A stretch of DNA of 64,000 nt, taken from Camelus ferus. Lineage: Eukaryota. Shown in pieces: positions 39,311 through 52,141 of the stretch. The stretch covers positions 101,062,001 through 101,126,000 of the forward strand of contig NC_045697.1 in NCBI RefSeq assembly GCF_009834535.1, read 5' to 3'. The notes under the pieces were generated by a model. That model saw only the letters and a list, made by a program, of their open reading frames with translations. It did not search any database and was not told the origin of the DNA. The first letter of the stretch is position 1, and each line of letters opens with the position of its first letter. The translations under genes and the position numbers were made by a program.

Positions 39311-42300
39311 GCTCTTTATCTTTCACTGAAACCTGATCATCTCTCATTCTCCACATGTCACTATTTCCCAAGGTTCTGACTTTGATCATTTTCTCCAATT
39401 TTTCTTTCTTGATTCTCTCATTTTCAAAGATCACTTCTGTAAGGATGCCTTCTAAATCTCTATTCCAAATACTGTGGTTACTTGCCTAATTCAAAAGTCA
39501 TTTCCAACTTGCTTCTTTTTTGCAGATTCCAATAAAGAAGGTTTAAAAGAACAGATACTTGTTTTATCAATTTTCTGTGCTATTATTGGTAACTGTGGGA
39601 CACAATTCTAGTCATAAGACACAAGAACAGTCTGGGACAAGTTTACTTTCCTGAGGAACTGGAACAAAATCAGATAGTACACCCCTTCCCCTCTGCTGTG
39701 TAGGAAAAAATACAAAACAATTTTAATCTACCATTAGACAGATGTTTCTACACAATATAAATCTTGTCACTCTCCCCTAATTCCATGCACCCATTTCCAA
39801 ATAACTGCTTAGATATTTCTACAGGAATATCCCCTCTGCATGTCAAACTCATGGTAACAAAAATCAAATTGATATAAAGAAGCTTGTCCATTTGTCGTAT
39901 CTTTATGTTTTCTTAATAAAGCCAACATTTTACAGGATAAGTTTAAATATTTAAGTGAATTAATAAACTGTGACATGACTAAACATGGCAGAGCAAATAA
40001 TCTCTAGGAATTTCCAATTAGAGGAAGCAGCACTAAGACATAAGCTCTTCTCCGCACTTGACTATTTTTATCTTGACATTATCAGCATCCTGGAATAAGA
40101 TCTCACGATCATCTCACAACATGGCTTAGCATCTCCTGGATGTCAGTTCATTGATACTGAAGTCTCACATGCTGTAACTCAGCTAACCTGAGACAGGCAC
40201 CAAATAACACTAATGTAGCCATAGGTATTATGTGGCAACCCAAGGTAGGCTTATCCAAACTGAAACGAACAATGGAAGAGTCATCAGAGTGTGTTAGCAC
40301 CTAACTCAGATACGCTGACCCCATGAGAGATGCATTATCCAAGGCAGTTACTCTGGATATTCACAGAGCCTTCACAACATAAATTCTTCCTCTTTCCCTT
40401 ACTGGAGGTCAACGTAAGAAGAAGTTCTTAACCACATTTACAAGTGTGGTTACCTTCCACAGTGGATTGATTGAAAGTCATCATCAAATCAAATTATTAA
40501 TTGTTAGGAAACTTACTGTTCCTGAAAAACCTCCTACAGTCCAATGGATTCAGTATCAGAAGACTTAGATTCTGGTTGACATTTTAATACGACCTTGAAC
40601 AAATGACTTAAATTTACCTTCCAGCTCCCTGACACAACAGGGTCCCTATAAGGATCAATTATAATACTGTATATACAAGTTCTTTGTAATTATTGAAGTT
40701 TTATGTCATTTATTTGTTCTTTTTTTTTTTTTTTCTGTGCTGTCCCAAATAGAATTAGCACTGCTGTAACAGGTGAAGTGACATGCACAGCCACAGGGCA
40801 AGTTAATCCTCTCCTTTAATCTGCCACCCAATGCCATCACTCGTACGCTGGTCTCATGTTTAATCAACTAATAACTCTTAAGCCTTTTCTTCTATTTTAT
40901 CTTTGGTGTTTCTGACAGTCTAATTGGTGAAGCCATTTGCCTCACAGAAGAAAAGCCAAAAAAAAAGTTTTTTCACAACTTTTAGGTGACTGTGGTCTCA
41001 GAGTCTCCTTCAAACAATCTCATCTAGTTAAGTACTCATGAATTTCATGAGGTCAGATGAGAGAAGAAACATTCTGCTTCTTTTGTCTAACAAATATCTT
41101 GAGAAAGAAAGCAAAGTAAGGTGGCAAGGAAGATAGAAAAGACTTCTTTATTCTCCGCTTTTACTATCTGCTATATTCAAGGTCAGAAATATCCTATATA
41201 AGCCTTTCATCTGGGGCAGTTCGAATGATGTCTCAAAAATCAAACTGGATGATGACTCAGTGCTGGAATAGTGAAAAGGAGGTACAGGGTGACTCACTGG
41301 TCAGCCCATCAAGCATAAGCACGATTGGAAAAGTGAATCTTAAAGAAGAGGGTTTTTTCCCCTCTCTTATTTTTTCCCATGTGTGGTTTCAGAAGACAGA
41401 CCCATAGACACAACGTCGTTTGCAACCCAGGGCAGAAGATGAGAATCAGGTATCAAAATGACTCTTACAGTGAAAAGCGGGGACATGTCTTGCAATCATC
41501 TTTTGCAGTTTTTCTCCCCTTTTGGAAAGAAACACTCGGGAAATGAATATTGCAGTATCAGAATACAGAGTATCGGGTTACTGAAATACTAAAATAAAAA
41601 CGGAGGAAATTGGTTCTTATTCATTGCTGTTCATATGTTTCAAACTGAAACAGCTCCGTGCACCAGCACAGGCTCAGCGGCCAGCCACACATCACCTCAC
41701 GAGAATACAGACGGGATACCCAGGCCGATCAACTCACTGGAAACATGGTCAACCCTGAGGAGCCAGATACCATGAAAACACTAATCCTTTGTCCTGGAAA
41801 TACCCCCATGTCCCTAGGGAAAGAATGCCCCGGGAACAAGGAGGACACCTGCAGGAAATGATGAGGATGCCTACATTTCTGTTGCGTGTTTCATTTCCAG
41901 GGCACTTTTACACGTGTTAGCCTGTTTTCCTTTCAAGCAGTGGACAGATCAGGTATTATGGTGTCCATTTCAGAGCCGGGGAAACCAAAAACAGGTAGCT
42001 TGTTCGAAGCCACATAACTATGTAGCAGATCTGAGATGAGAGCTTCTGATTCTAAACCGACATTTTTTGGTCTCAATGTGGCATCCCAATTGGGAAGGGA
42101 CCCCTTGTGGGGAAAAAGACTCGTATCCTTGATTCCCAAGTTTGAAAATGTTCTTGCTACACTTGCTTCCAAAACTATGTGAACCTGCTTTTCCCATGAT
42201 GGCATTCAGAAACCCTGTTTTAGCATCTATTGGTATGGTTTTCAAATGCCTCCTATGATCTGTTATAATCATTCACCTCCAGTTAGGTATCGTCCTTTCT

Positions 42301-44429
42301 CAGATACTTGTTTAGACTGCAAGTTCAGAGTCAAAGAAGTTAATCACAAGGGAAGGCAACTATTACATGTGTGTGCTGGGGACAGCCGGATGGGGAAGAC
42401 AGTAAAACAGAATCTGACAGATATGCCTCTGCCTTCAAGCCTGCACTAACTGAAAAGGTTCTCTTCACAGGTAGAAGACCATCTCTCTGCATCCTGACAT
42501 TGCCCTAAGCATATTTTTGGCCTTGTTTGGCAACCAATGAATCTAATCCTAGAATCTAAAGTTTAGGGCTTTACCTAATGTACACATATATACAAATCTG
42601 TGAATATGACTGTTTACATACTCATATTTAAAACTGTTACACAGGTAGATATGAATACACAAGCACATGTCTAGAGTTTCTCATTTGAGGCCATCGTCTC
42701 TGTTGTTCGGAAGCCAGAGCAAGCTGCTATGCACATTTCACTATGCCTCGATTTAAACCCAGGAATGAAAAGCAAACGTGGCACCCATAACATACGCTCC
42801 TGATTCCCAGAGTGGGGGCAGGTAGGGGTGAGGTGGCTGAGCTCCTGTTTGTACTTAAATGCTAGCCAATTAAGATTTTCTTGGGAAACTGCTTTCCCAC
42901 ATTCCACCATGCTAATGTAACGATCGGTGCCTTTTTTAAAAAACCAAAATAGCAGTTTAAAAAAGATCAGGGTATTATTTAAAAGGTTAAATATCCTTAC
43001 AGACCCCTTCTGATTACACGAATCTCTGTAGCGCCTTCCAAAATCTGCTCATGCTCATGCTCTCACTCTCTCTCTCTCTCTCTGTTAAAAACTATTACCC
43101 AAGTTTGTATGAAAGACCAATCTCTCTGTGAATTCACACTCTGAATATCTTAGGATGTGCGATAAGGAACGGCTGCCACCTCAGCATTTAGCTCCATCCT
43201 CAGGGAGCACATCTTAAAAGAGAGCTTGACTTACTGCCCTGAAACCTGAGTCACCCGGCTCACAGCAACATGAGAAGAAAATCTTTGTGATGTGGAAACA
43301 GATGGCTCTTAACATTTTTTCAGAATGGGGCATCACCTTCTGCCTTGGTATATACTAGTGACTTTTCTCAGTATGTTTAAAAATACTTTTCTCATGAATT
43401 TAAATACCAGCTTGAACCTAGCTGTAATTATCATTCCGTTCAAATGACTAAGGAAAGCCTATGTTTCTTTAGAATTCCCCCTTGTTCTTGCTGTGCAGCG
43501 TGTATCAACTTAAGGTGATTAAAAGCTATTCGGAGCTGAAGCAGACTAACCTTCCACATCAGTCGTTTCTGCTCCTTTTCTAACCAGAAGAGATGTTTCG
43601 GCCACATATCACATTCCAGCTTTGTAAAACCAAGCAGGAATGGGAAGTCGATACAAGAACCGTGTCCTCAGTGCCCACGTCGGGCTGTTCAGGGCTCACC
43701 CCCATCGGATGGAGTGTTCGCTAAGCTCCCACCTGCACTTACAGCTGTGCCGAGAAGGCGGCTGCAAGAACGGGACAGAGCTGGCCAGCCAGGCGCTCAC
43801 AGCCTAAGCCCCTGGACAAATGGGAGCAACTGGGGAATGCTTGCAAACCATCAGAATGAGGTAAATAGCTCAGACAGAGGGAAGTCAGCCGAAGCAGAAA
43901 TAAACTCTCTCTCAGTTCAGGGTCCAAGTTAGACTCACACATCCCAGTGGTCAGTTATCAGATCATCGGACTGATGTTAGCAGGTAAAATAAATACATAA
44001 ATACATGCTCCGAGATCTACTTGGAAGCACGAATTCATGATTCAGTTCGCTGACTGTAACAGCATGAGAAGATGGAGCTCCCACTCTCAAATGCGGAGCC
44101 AAGAGTCCCCTACGAGTTCCCCAAGTTATTTCAGGGAGTTCCCAGGGCTTCAAGTAATGCAAATGATCGTCATTTTCTTCCTCTTCCACTCTGACTGCCC
44201 TCGGTGATGTTTTCAGCGGCTGCCTTCATTCCCTACCGAGGGTCCCCAACAGCAGGCCCCCCACATCCCCCGTGCCCACCCCAGCATTCCTCCAGGCGGC
44301 CACTTGTTCCCGGCAGTTCCCTCCCACATGGAATCTTCAGGATGCAGAAGTGACACTTCTCTCAGGACAAAGTATGTTGTAGGGAAGGGAAGTAATATAA
44401 AGGACATTTTCCTTTCTAAGTTGCATTTA

Positions 44430-45270
44430 TTCTGTTTTATTAAAAATGAGGAAGTCTTTCAGCAACTCCATTAGCAGGACTGTTTTTATATTATTATTTC
44501 ACACTCTCATTTTCTTTTCTTTCTCTTTCTCCTCATTATCTACTCCTCTCCTCTCCTGTTCCATCCGCTGCATTTATTTCTTTATGTTCTCACAGCAGTC
44601 ATATGCAACTATATATTGCTTAGCTATAAACACAGTACCCACACATATATAAAGGCATTTTCCATTGTTCGTTTTCAAAAAGTGGGGTTCTTATTACACA
44701 CCGTTTTCATATCTTGCTTTTCTCAAGCCTGCAATACCTTGTGGATCTTATTCCAAGTCTGCATGTGGAGTGCCAATTAATTAAGCTGTCTTTTCTAAAG
44801 CTTCATAATACCCCTAATTTGGACACACCAGAGTTTATTCACACATTCCCCTACAGATAGGCACTCACTCTGTTTCTAATTTTTCACTATTATTTTAAAG
44901 TACTGGTGGTTTTACATCTATGAGGTGGACAACTAAGAGTAACACTGTTAAATCAAAATATATAATTTCCATTTTAATAGATGCTGGCAGATCGTTGTCT
45001 TTTTCTTTTTTTAGCTGTAAAATTTTACATTCAATCAGAATTCTAAGGACAGCAATGGTCTTTAAATTTTTGCCAGTTTATTAGCCAAAGTTGATGACCA
45101 CATTGCTATTTTAATTTTGTGTTTCCAAGAAAATACAGTTAGAAGTTTTGTATTTCTTGGTCATTTGGATTTATTTTTTCTGAGGTCTGCCTCTTCAAAT
45201 AACTTTGCTTAATTTTTTGATCCTACTTCTAAACTTGAAAGAACTCTTTATATTAGAAGGATTACTAATC
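44430..45270 (-). mobile_element. Very old L1M (L1ME-like) 3' fragment
   Basis: Degenerate antisense L1 motifs (CACCAGAGTTTATTCACACATTCCCCTACAGATAGGCAC..TGTTTCTAATTTTTCACTATT; TTTAAATTTTTGCCAGTTT). Confidence 0.55.
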
Positions 45271-45356
45271 CACCAATCTCAGCATTCCAGGAGGAAACAC
45301 AATGTTGATCATTCTTCTCTATGTTTATGATTAACATGAATACAGTTGCCCAGTTT

Positions 45357-45483
45357 GGTTGTCTTTTTTGGGGGGGGGGGTCATTAAGTTTACTTATTTA
45401 TTTATTTATTCATTATTTTTTTCAATGGATTGAACCCAGGACCTCGTGCACCCCAGAAGCACGCACTCTACCCTCCCCTGACT
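45357..45483 (-). mobile_element. Vic-1-like SINE with two internal deletions and a 14-bp TSD
   Basis: Minus strand reads GGGGAGGGTAGAGTGCGTGCTT..GCACGAGGTCCTGGGTTCAATCCATT..(AAAT)n..ACTTAATGACCCCCCCCCCAAAAAA. TSD CAGTTGCCCAGTTT at 45343-45356 and 45484-45497. Confidence 0.85.
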
Positions 45484-46104
45484 CAGTTGCCCAGTTTTGG
45501 AAAGAGAATGGGAAATGGCCTTAACTAATCATTTCTACTTTAATTGGAAAAAAAGCAAATTAATTCCAGGTATTGTTGTTTTGTCCTTTATCTAGGTTAG
45601 ACAATGTTTCCAAAACTCACACATTTGAAAACAGTCAAGGGTGAAAAGACTAAAACTACAGTTCTGCTGATATCCATAAAACAAGGACGTGGCCGCTCAG
45701 GGTCAAACAGCCACTCCGCTACAGCCCAGAAAAAACTTCTAAGAAACTTGTTTTGCTTCATGAATAAATTCATGTTCTTATTTTATTGTCAAAGAGCCAG
45801 TCTTTCTCCATGCAAACAGCATTTTCTTGTGGAAAGTGAGGCGGTATGGATGAGTATCCTTTTTTCAATTGTGGGAATCCAAACAAAAACAACAACAGAA
45901 AAACCAAATCTCTGAACAGATGATGAAGAACAAGTACTGTGCATGTGCTGATGAAAGCAGCACCAAGAAAGAACTGGAAGAGAGAGAAAAGTTAAAAACG
46001 ATGCAAAGAGCAGCACAGAATGTAATGCACTTGTTATGTAAACTACAGAGAAGGGGAAATTAAAGAGAGAGCTGGAAATGCAGATATACAGAAATCAAAT
46101 AACT

Positions 46105-48965
46105 AGCACTTCCGCTTCTAGTTAAGATGTAAAAAGTCGCAAGAGACTGTCACTCCCATTGTTACACTGAGAAGTCAGCTACATACACCACCAGATCACA
46201 GCTTTTGTTAAACCCATCAGAAAACTGAGAGTGGAAATAAACCAAAATGAAATGACATCCAGACACTGACAGACCCTTCCTAGAGGAAGAAATGCCCAGA
46301 GCTGATGTCATCCTTTCCTGAGCAGCAGGAAGACCTTCCAGAGAAACCAGATGAACTTGTAATGAACTTTCAATGAGCACATGTGACCAGGAGTGAGAGA
46401 TCTGAATCCCAAGGAACCCTAGACACAGCCTGAGTCTCTCACCCGTCCCTCCACTTTTTCCCATGGACTTCACATCATGCAGGAGGGTATCCCAACGAAG
46501 GATGGGTGCAAGAGGGCAGAGGAGTCACTGCTTAGGTGCACAGGGCTTTCTCTAAGGCAAGAGCAGAAGAGCAGAGGTTGGCTCCCCAGGCACTAGGCTG
46601 AAGCTTGAGAAAGAGGTGGGAGGGCAGTGAGTCTGAAAAAGGAAAACTGCTCCAGGAATCTAAGATTTGTTTAATATACAGAAATATATTGAGGTAATTC
46701 ACTACATTAACAGAATACATAAGAAAAACATTTTAATGTCTCAATACATACCAAAAACAAAAGAAACCTAATGAATTCTGACTCAATTCAACACCATTCA
46801 CAGTAAAAAAAAAAAAAAAAAAAAAAAAAACATAGAAAATTATAGATAAAACAGAAATTCCTCAATCTGATAAAAGGCATCTATGAAAAACCTACAGTTA
46901 AGATCATACTTAATGGTGAGATATTGAACACTTTTCCCTTAAATTTGGGAACAAATCAGGATTTCCACTGTTACCACTTCTATCAATACTGCACTAAAGG
47001 TCCTACCTAGCCAGTGCAATACAGAAATATAAATGCACAATGACTGGAAAGGGAAACATAAATCTTTCATTAGATAACATAATTGTGTATTTTACAAAAC
47101 TTAATGGAATCTATAAAAATACCCTTTAGAATTGAATTTAGCAAGACTGCCACCTTGGATACAAAGTCAGTAAACAGAAATGATTATATCTCTACCTATT
47201 AGCAAGCAATAATTAAATTAAAAACTTTATTTAAAAAAAACACTTTGTATATCAGTATAAAAAAATCATATACCTAGAAATAAGTCTAAAATACATTATG
47301 ATTTGTATACTGAGCATAAATACATTGCTGATAAAAGTTTAAAGACCTAAATAAATGGAATGATACACATCCCATATCTATAGAACAAGAGACTCAACAA
47401 TATCATTAAGATGTCCATCTCTCCAAATTAATCTATAGATTCAATACAATTCTAATCCAAAATCCCAACAGGTTTTTTTTTTAATGTAATTCACAAGTTA
47501 TTCTAAAATATATATGGAAAGACAAAAGGCTTTAGAATTGGTAAAAACCAAAAACAACAACCTCAATTAAAAGAAGAAGCTGGTAAAGATAAAGGATTTA
47601 AACTACAGATTTCAGGATTTATTATGGAGCAGCAATAATCATGTTATTGTCATGAAGCTAGACAAATAGATCAATGGAACAAAACAGAGCATCCAGAAAT
47701 ATATTCACAGGAGACACTGATATTCCAGTCAAGGCATCAACTAAATTCACTAGAGAAAAAAGTATTTTTTAACAAATGATGCTGGAATAACTAGGTATCT
47801 ACATAGGAGAAAATAACTTTGATCCCTACCTCATTACAAAAATGTAAAGGCTAGAACTATAAAATATTTTGGAGAAAATCACTGGAGAATACTCTCGTGG
47901 CCTGAGGTTAGGGAGATTTCTTAGGGCACAAGAGCACTAACTGAAGGAAAAAAAACTGATAAACTGGACTTAATATTTAAAATTTTAAAATTTAAATTTC
48001 TGATCAACAAAATACATCATTATGGAAATTATTAGGCAAGCCAAAGACTTAAACACACACACACACACACACATATATTCATCAAAAGCACTTGTACCCA
48101 GTATCCACAAAATATGAAGAATTCTTAGAAATCAACAATAAAAAGAAAATCAATTTTTTTAAACAGGCAAAGACTTGAATAGACACTTCACACACACAAA
48201 AAGATAAGTAGCCAATAAGCACAGGAAAAGGTGCTTGACATAATTAGTTATCAGGAAAATGAAAATTAAGACCACAGTGAGATACCACTTCATACCCACT
48301 AGAATGTTAAATGGAAAAGACTGACAGTATCATTGTTGGTGGAGTAACTGGAATGCTCATGCGTTACGAAGAACAGGAGACTAAAGCTGTACAATAACTT
48401 TGAAGGACAGTTGCCAGAAAAGTTAAGCATGTACCTGACCTATGACATAACTATTATACTCCTCAGTATTTACCCCTCCAAAATAAAGGCACAATTTCAC
48501 ACAAATACTTGTATTCAAATGTTGAGACTTACTCATTGTTAAAATCTGGAAACAATTAAGTGTCCATCAATAAGAGACTGGATAAACAAATTGTAGCATA
48601 TCACTACAACAGAATACCATTCAGTAATTGAATCACCACGCAACATGAATGAATCTCAAAAACATATGTTGAGCAAAAGACACCAGATACAAGGGAGCAC
48701 GTGCTATGTGATTTCAATCACACAAACTTTTTAACAAGCACAACAAATCTACATCAGTAGATATGATAAAGCAATTGCCTCGGGGTGGGGGGGGGGTGGC
48801 AACTGACTGCAGACGGACACACCAGAACCTTCTGGAATGATGGAAATGTTTTACATCTTGCCTTGCATAGAGGCCACATGGCCACATACGTTGTCAGACC
48901 CATCGCACTGAACACTTAAGATCTGTCCATTTTATTGTTATGTCAATTATACCCCAATGAAATAT
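46105..48965 (+). mobile_element. Old L1M (L1MC/MD-like): putative 5' end joined to decayed ORF2 3' half and 3'UTR
   Basis: ORF2-like DNA (AATCTGATAAAAGGCATCTATGAAAAACCTACAG; AATCTATAGATTCAATACAATTC; GATCAATGGAACAAAACAGAG; AAGACCACAGTGAGATACCACTTCATACCCACTAGAATG) and an L1M 3'UTR ending TGTCAATTATACCCCAATGAAA. The 5'-end assignment of 46105-46650 is less certain. Confidence 0.85.
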
Positions 48966-49469
48966 AAATACGCTCTTTGTAAATATATATGACTTATCAA
49001 GGGTAGGAAGGACAAGAAGTGATTTATGAAGGGCAGCAACATGTTAGACCCTGAACTACTTCTGTATGTTCATTCAAAAGACTAAGGCTGAGAGAATGAA
49101 CAGGTTGAGAGGACCATGTAGCACACAGAAAAGAAAAGGGAAAAATAAGGCCATAGTATGAGACATAAATCTAGCCATTTCACAATAGTCAATAACAACT
49201 ATTTTTTCATGAAGAGTAGCTGGCCACTTCATTATAAAAATTTTTCAGACACCTGTAGTTTGTTGCATATATTTAAGTGCTTAAAATGTTTAGATGTGAG
49301 GGTTTTTTTCCTGTATTTGAATACTGAAAATTTTTTCTCAATTTTTAGGCTCCAAATGAAGAATGTTTTTAAAGTATCAGTTGAAGGAGAAATATCACAT
49401 TGTGGGAACGAAAAGGAGAGAAATCCTATCAACTGCGTATGTGCCATAGTGTAGCAGGGAAAAATAAAC

Positions 49470-49620
49470 TATCTTTGACTTGACCTAAGTTTTCAGAATC
49501 CCAATTTCTTCATCTTTAAAATGGACATAATGATACTTCCCTCAAAGAATTTTTATGAGGATTAAGAAAGAAACTAGTAATTAGACATAGTGCTTGGTAT
49601 ATACTTAGTGATCAACAATT
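49470..49620 (+). mobile_element. MIR SINE core
   Basis: CCCAATTTCTTCATCTTTAAAATGGACATAATGATACTTCCCTCAAAGAATTTTTATGAGGATTAAG. Confidence 0.65.
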
Positions 49621-52107
49621 TTAATTTCTTTTTCCTTATCCAGTGCACCATATCTTTCAGGTCAAGAGGAAGGCTAGCCACAGAATTTTTATCTCAACAG
49701 GTGTAGTTAGACTTAAACATCTAAGAAGTCAATGCTGAAATCAAGCCAAGTCAGAGTATACTAAATAGAAAATGGTTTTCCACTGAAAAATATAAAAACT
49801 TAACTGGGTAATTCTGCCTAGGGAATTGTACAAGAACCAAGCTTCCTTAGACATATAACACACATAATAGAATAAATTTACATCCAACCTAGATAAGATC
49901 ACTTTTTCCAAAAGGTATAAATGGACAGTTGCTAGTTATTGGCAGTAAAAATAAATGTCTTAGGATATATATCCTCAGATGAGAAATGTTCATTGTCTAT
50001 TGGATATGGGACTCTGTCCTGTAAGCTAAAAATCTAACAATCTGGGGATACAGCAAACATTTAAACCCCAAAGCAAAAGGACTGAGATCAATGTGCCCTC
50101 CTGCAAAATATATCAGAAATTTAAATTTCTATCATGGGCAAAAACAGTTTTGTGACCTACTCATGTCTTTGTAGATTTATGGTGGCCCTCAGCTGGGTAC
50201 TGAGAGAACCTTGTTCAGGACCTTCCCAAACACAGTGCTGCTTGAGAGGAAGAAGAAAGAGAGAAGAAAGGTTTGATGGGGATGCTCTTTTCATTCACAA
50301 ATTCCTCCTTCCTCTGAGTTTTCACTGTAACATATGAAAGACTCAGATTCCCAGCTTGATCCCCTAGGGCTGAACATTGAAAATGAAGTGCTAAAAAAAC
50401 ACTTTCGTCTATGCTGTTTCAGTTTCTAAGAGTTTTAAAATAGAGCGGACAACCAGCATCTATCCAGGAGACATCGACATCACTGTTAGAACCTGGGCTC
50501 TCATATTCAAACCATGGGCTTCAATTCCAATCTCTGAGGACTCCACCAAACAGCTGGATGTTAGAACAGCCCATTCTGAGAAAACAGGCCATTTCCTCAC
50601 GGTGAGGAAAATAACAAAAATGTCACTTTAATTCTAAGAATGACCCTCTCACCCCCACCCCCTCACCCCAGGGCATTCCCTGTCTCCCTACCAGCCAAGC
50701 ATCATCTATCCATCTGCCACAGCGGGAGATGCACTGCAATGAATCCGAAGGGGTGAAGGATGTAGAGGGAGGGAACAATAGTCATTCCAAATCCACAGAT
50801 TCTTCTTATTTGTTACAATGATTAATTGCATTTCTGCTGAAGTTATTAAGAAAGATAATCTTAGGTTCAGTTGTTCAGGGGAGTACAAGAACAGGGAGTT
50901 AGACAATAGCCCCACATCAAGGACACAGATGAAAGGTTATCATATCTCTATAAAAAACTTTCAATATTAATATGTATGCAAACAAACATGAGATGGAAAA
51001 ATAACACATTCATCTGGTTAATTCCAAGTAATAAGAAACTCAGTCGAACAAGATGTCAGGAACTCAGTCAGCTGACCTCATTAATTTGTATTCAGCCAGC
51101 ACAGAACATCTCATTGTTCTGTCCTAATATGATCATGGTTTACTAGGATCAAATACTTAAACTGCTCTTAAATACATGCACGTAATTTGTTGATTTTCCA
51201 AAACACATAAATATTCATAATCTCATTTCTTAATCCTTCAAGGTATTATGATCTTAAAGTATTTAGTTTCTTAAGTGCCCATAATTATAAACTGTACTTT
51301 AAAATCCCTCGCTGCCTCCCCTACTTCTGCATCCACCTCTGCACCAAAAAAAAGAAAAAAGAAAAAGAAAAAGAAAGAAAAGGCGCCAGAATAAAGACTG
51401 CACATCCATGGGGACTATTAGCATATTAATGCACTGTGTTTCTATTTACACTTCCATCACCAGAGCTAATTGTTAGTTATTTTAAGGAAGAGATTATGCT
51501 TTAATTAACAGTACTCAGTAAATGAAAGCTGGTTGCATTTCTTAAGTATGTTCAAATTTCACAAGTCTGATTTCACAGCAGGGATTCCAGTTCCTTCAAT
51601 ACTTTTATGTGATAACACCTCTAGATTAAGGAAGAAAGTCTTTAAAAGACTCTAATCAATGAGTTTCCAAAACAGGAGCCAACAAAAAGCATAATTAATG
51701 AGTAAGCTAATTATGTATCCCTAAAGCATCAATGTACACGTGCACTGTAAACGAGGCAGACTGAAGGGGACAGAAACACCTTTGGTACTTAATATTTCTA
51801 ACTCTGATATTTCTGAGGACTTAATAAGCTTAAGAAGAGTTCATTCTGCAGTGTAGTGTTTCCATAACTCTGTCCCTTCCATATTCTCTGTCCTGTCTAT
51901 GCCTTGGGACCACTGGGAGCACTGAATTTGATCATGTGCTTGGAAAAACAGAAAATCCCATAGTTTCTGCTTTACTTTCTCTGTCACCCTGATCACTTCT
52001 CAGCTTCTTACTTCTCTGCAGTTGTGTCACCTCCTCCCACCATTCATTTGCAAAATATCTCCCTTTCCCCCAATTCTATGATTTTTCCCCATTTCTCTCC
52101 TTGGTAG

Positions 52108-52141
<34 letters not shown>

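Noticed and set aside
41481..41500. p53 response element (GGACATGTCT)
   Set aside because: Only a single half-site; the adjacent decamer does not fit RRRCWWGYYY.
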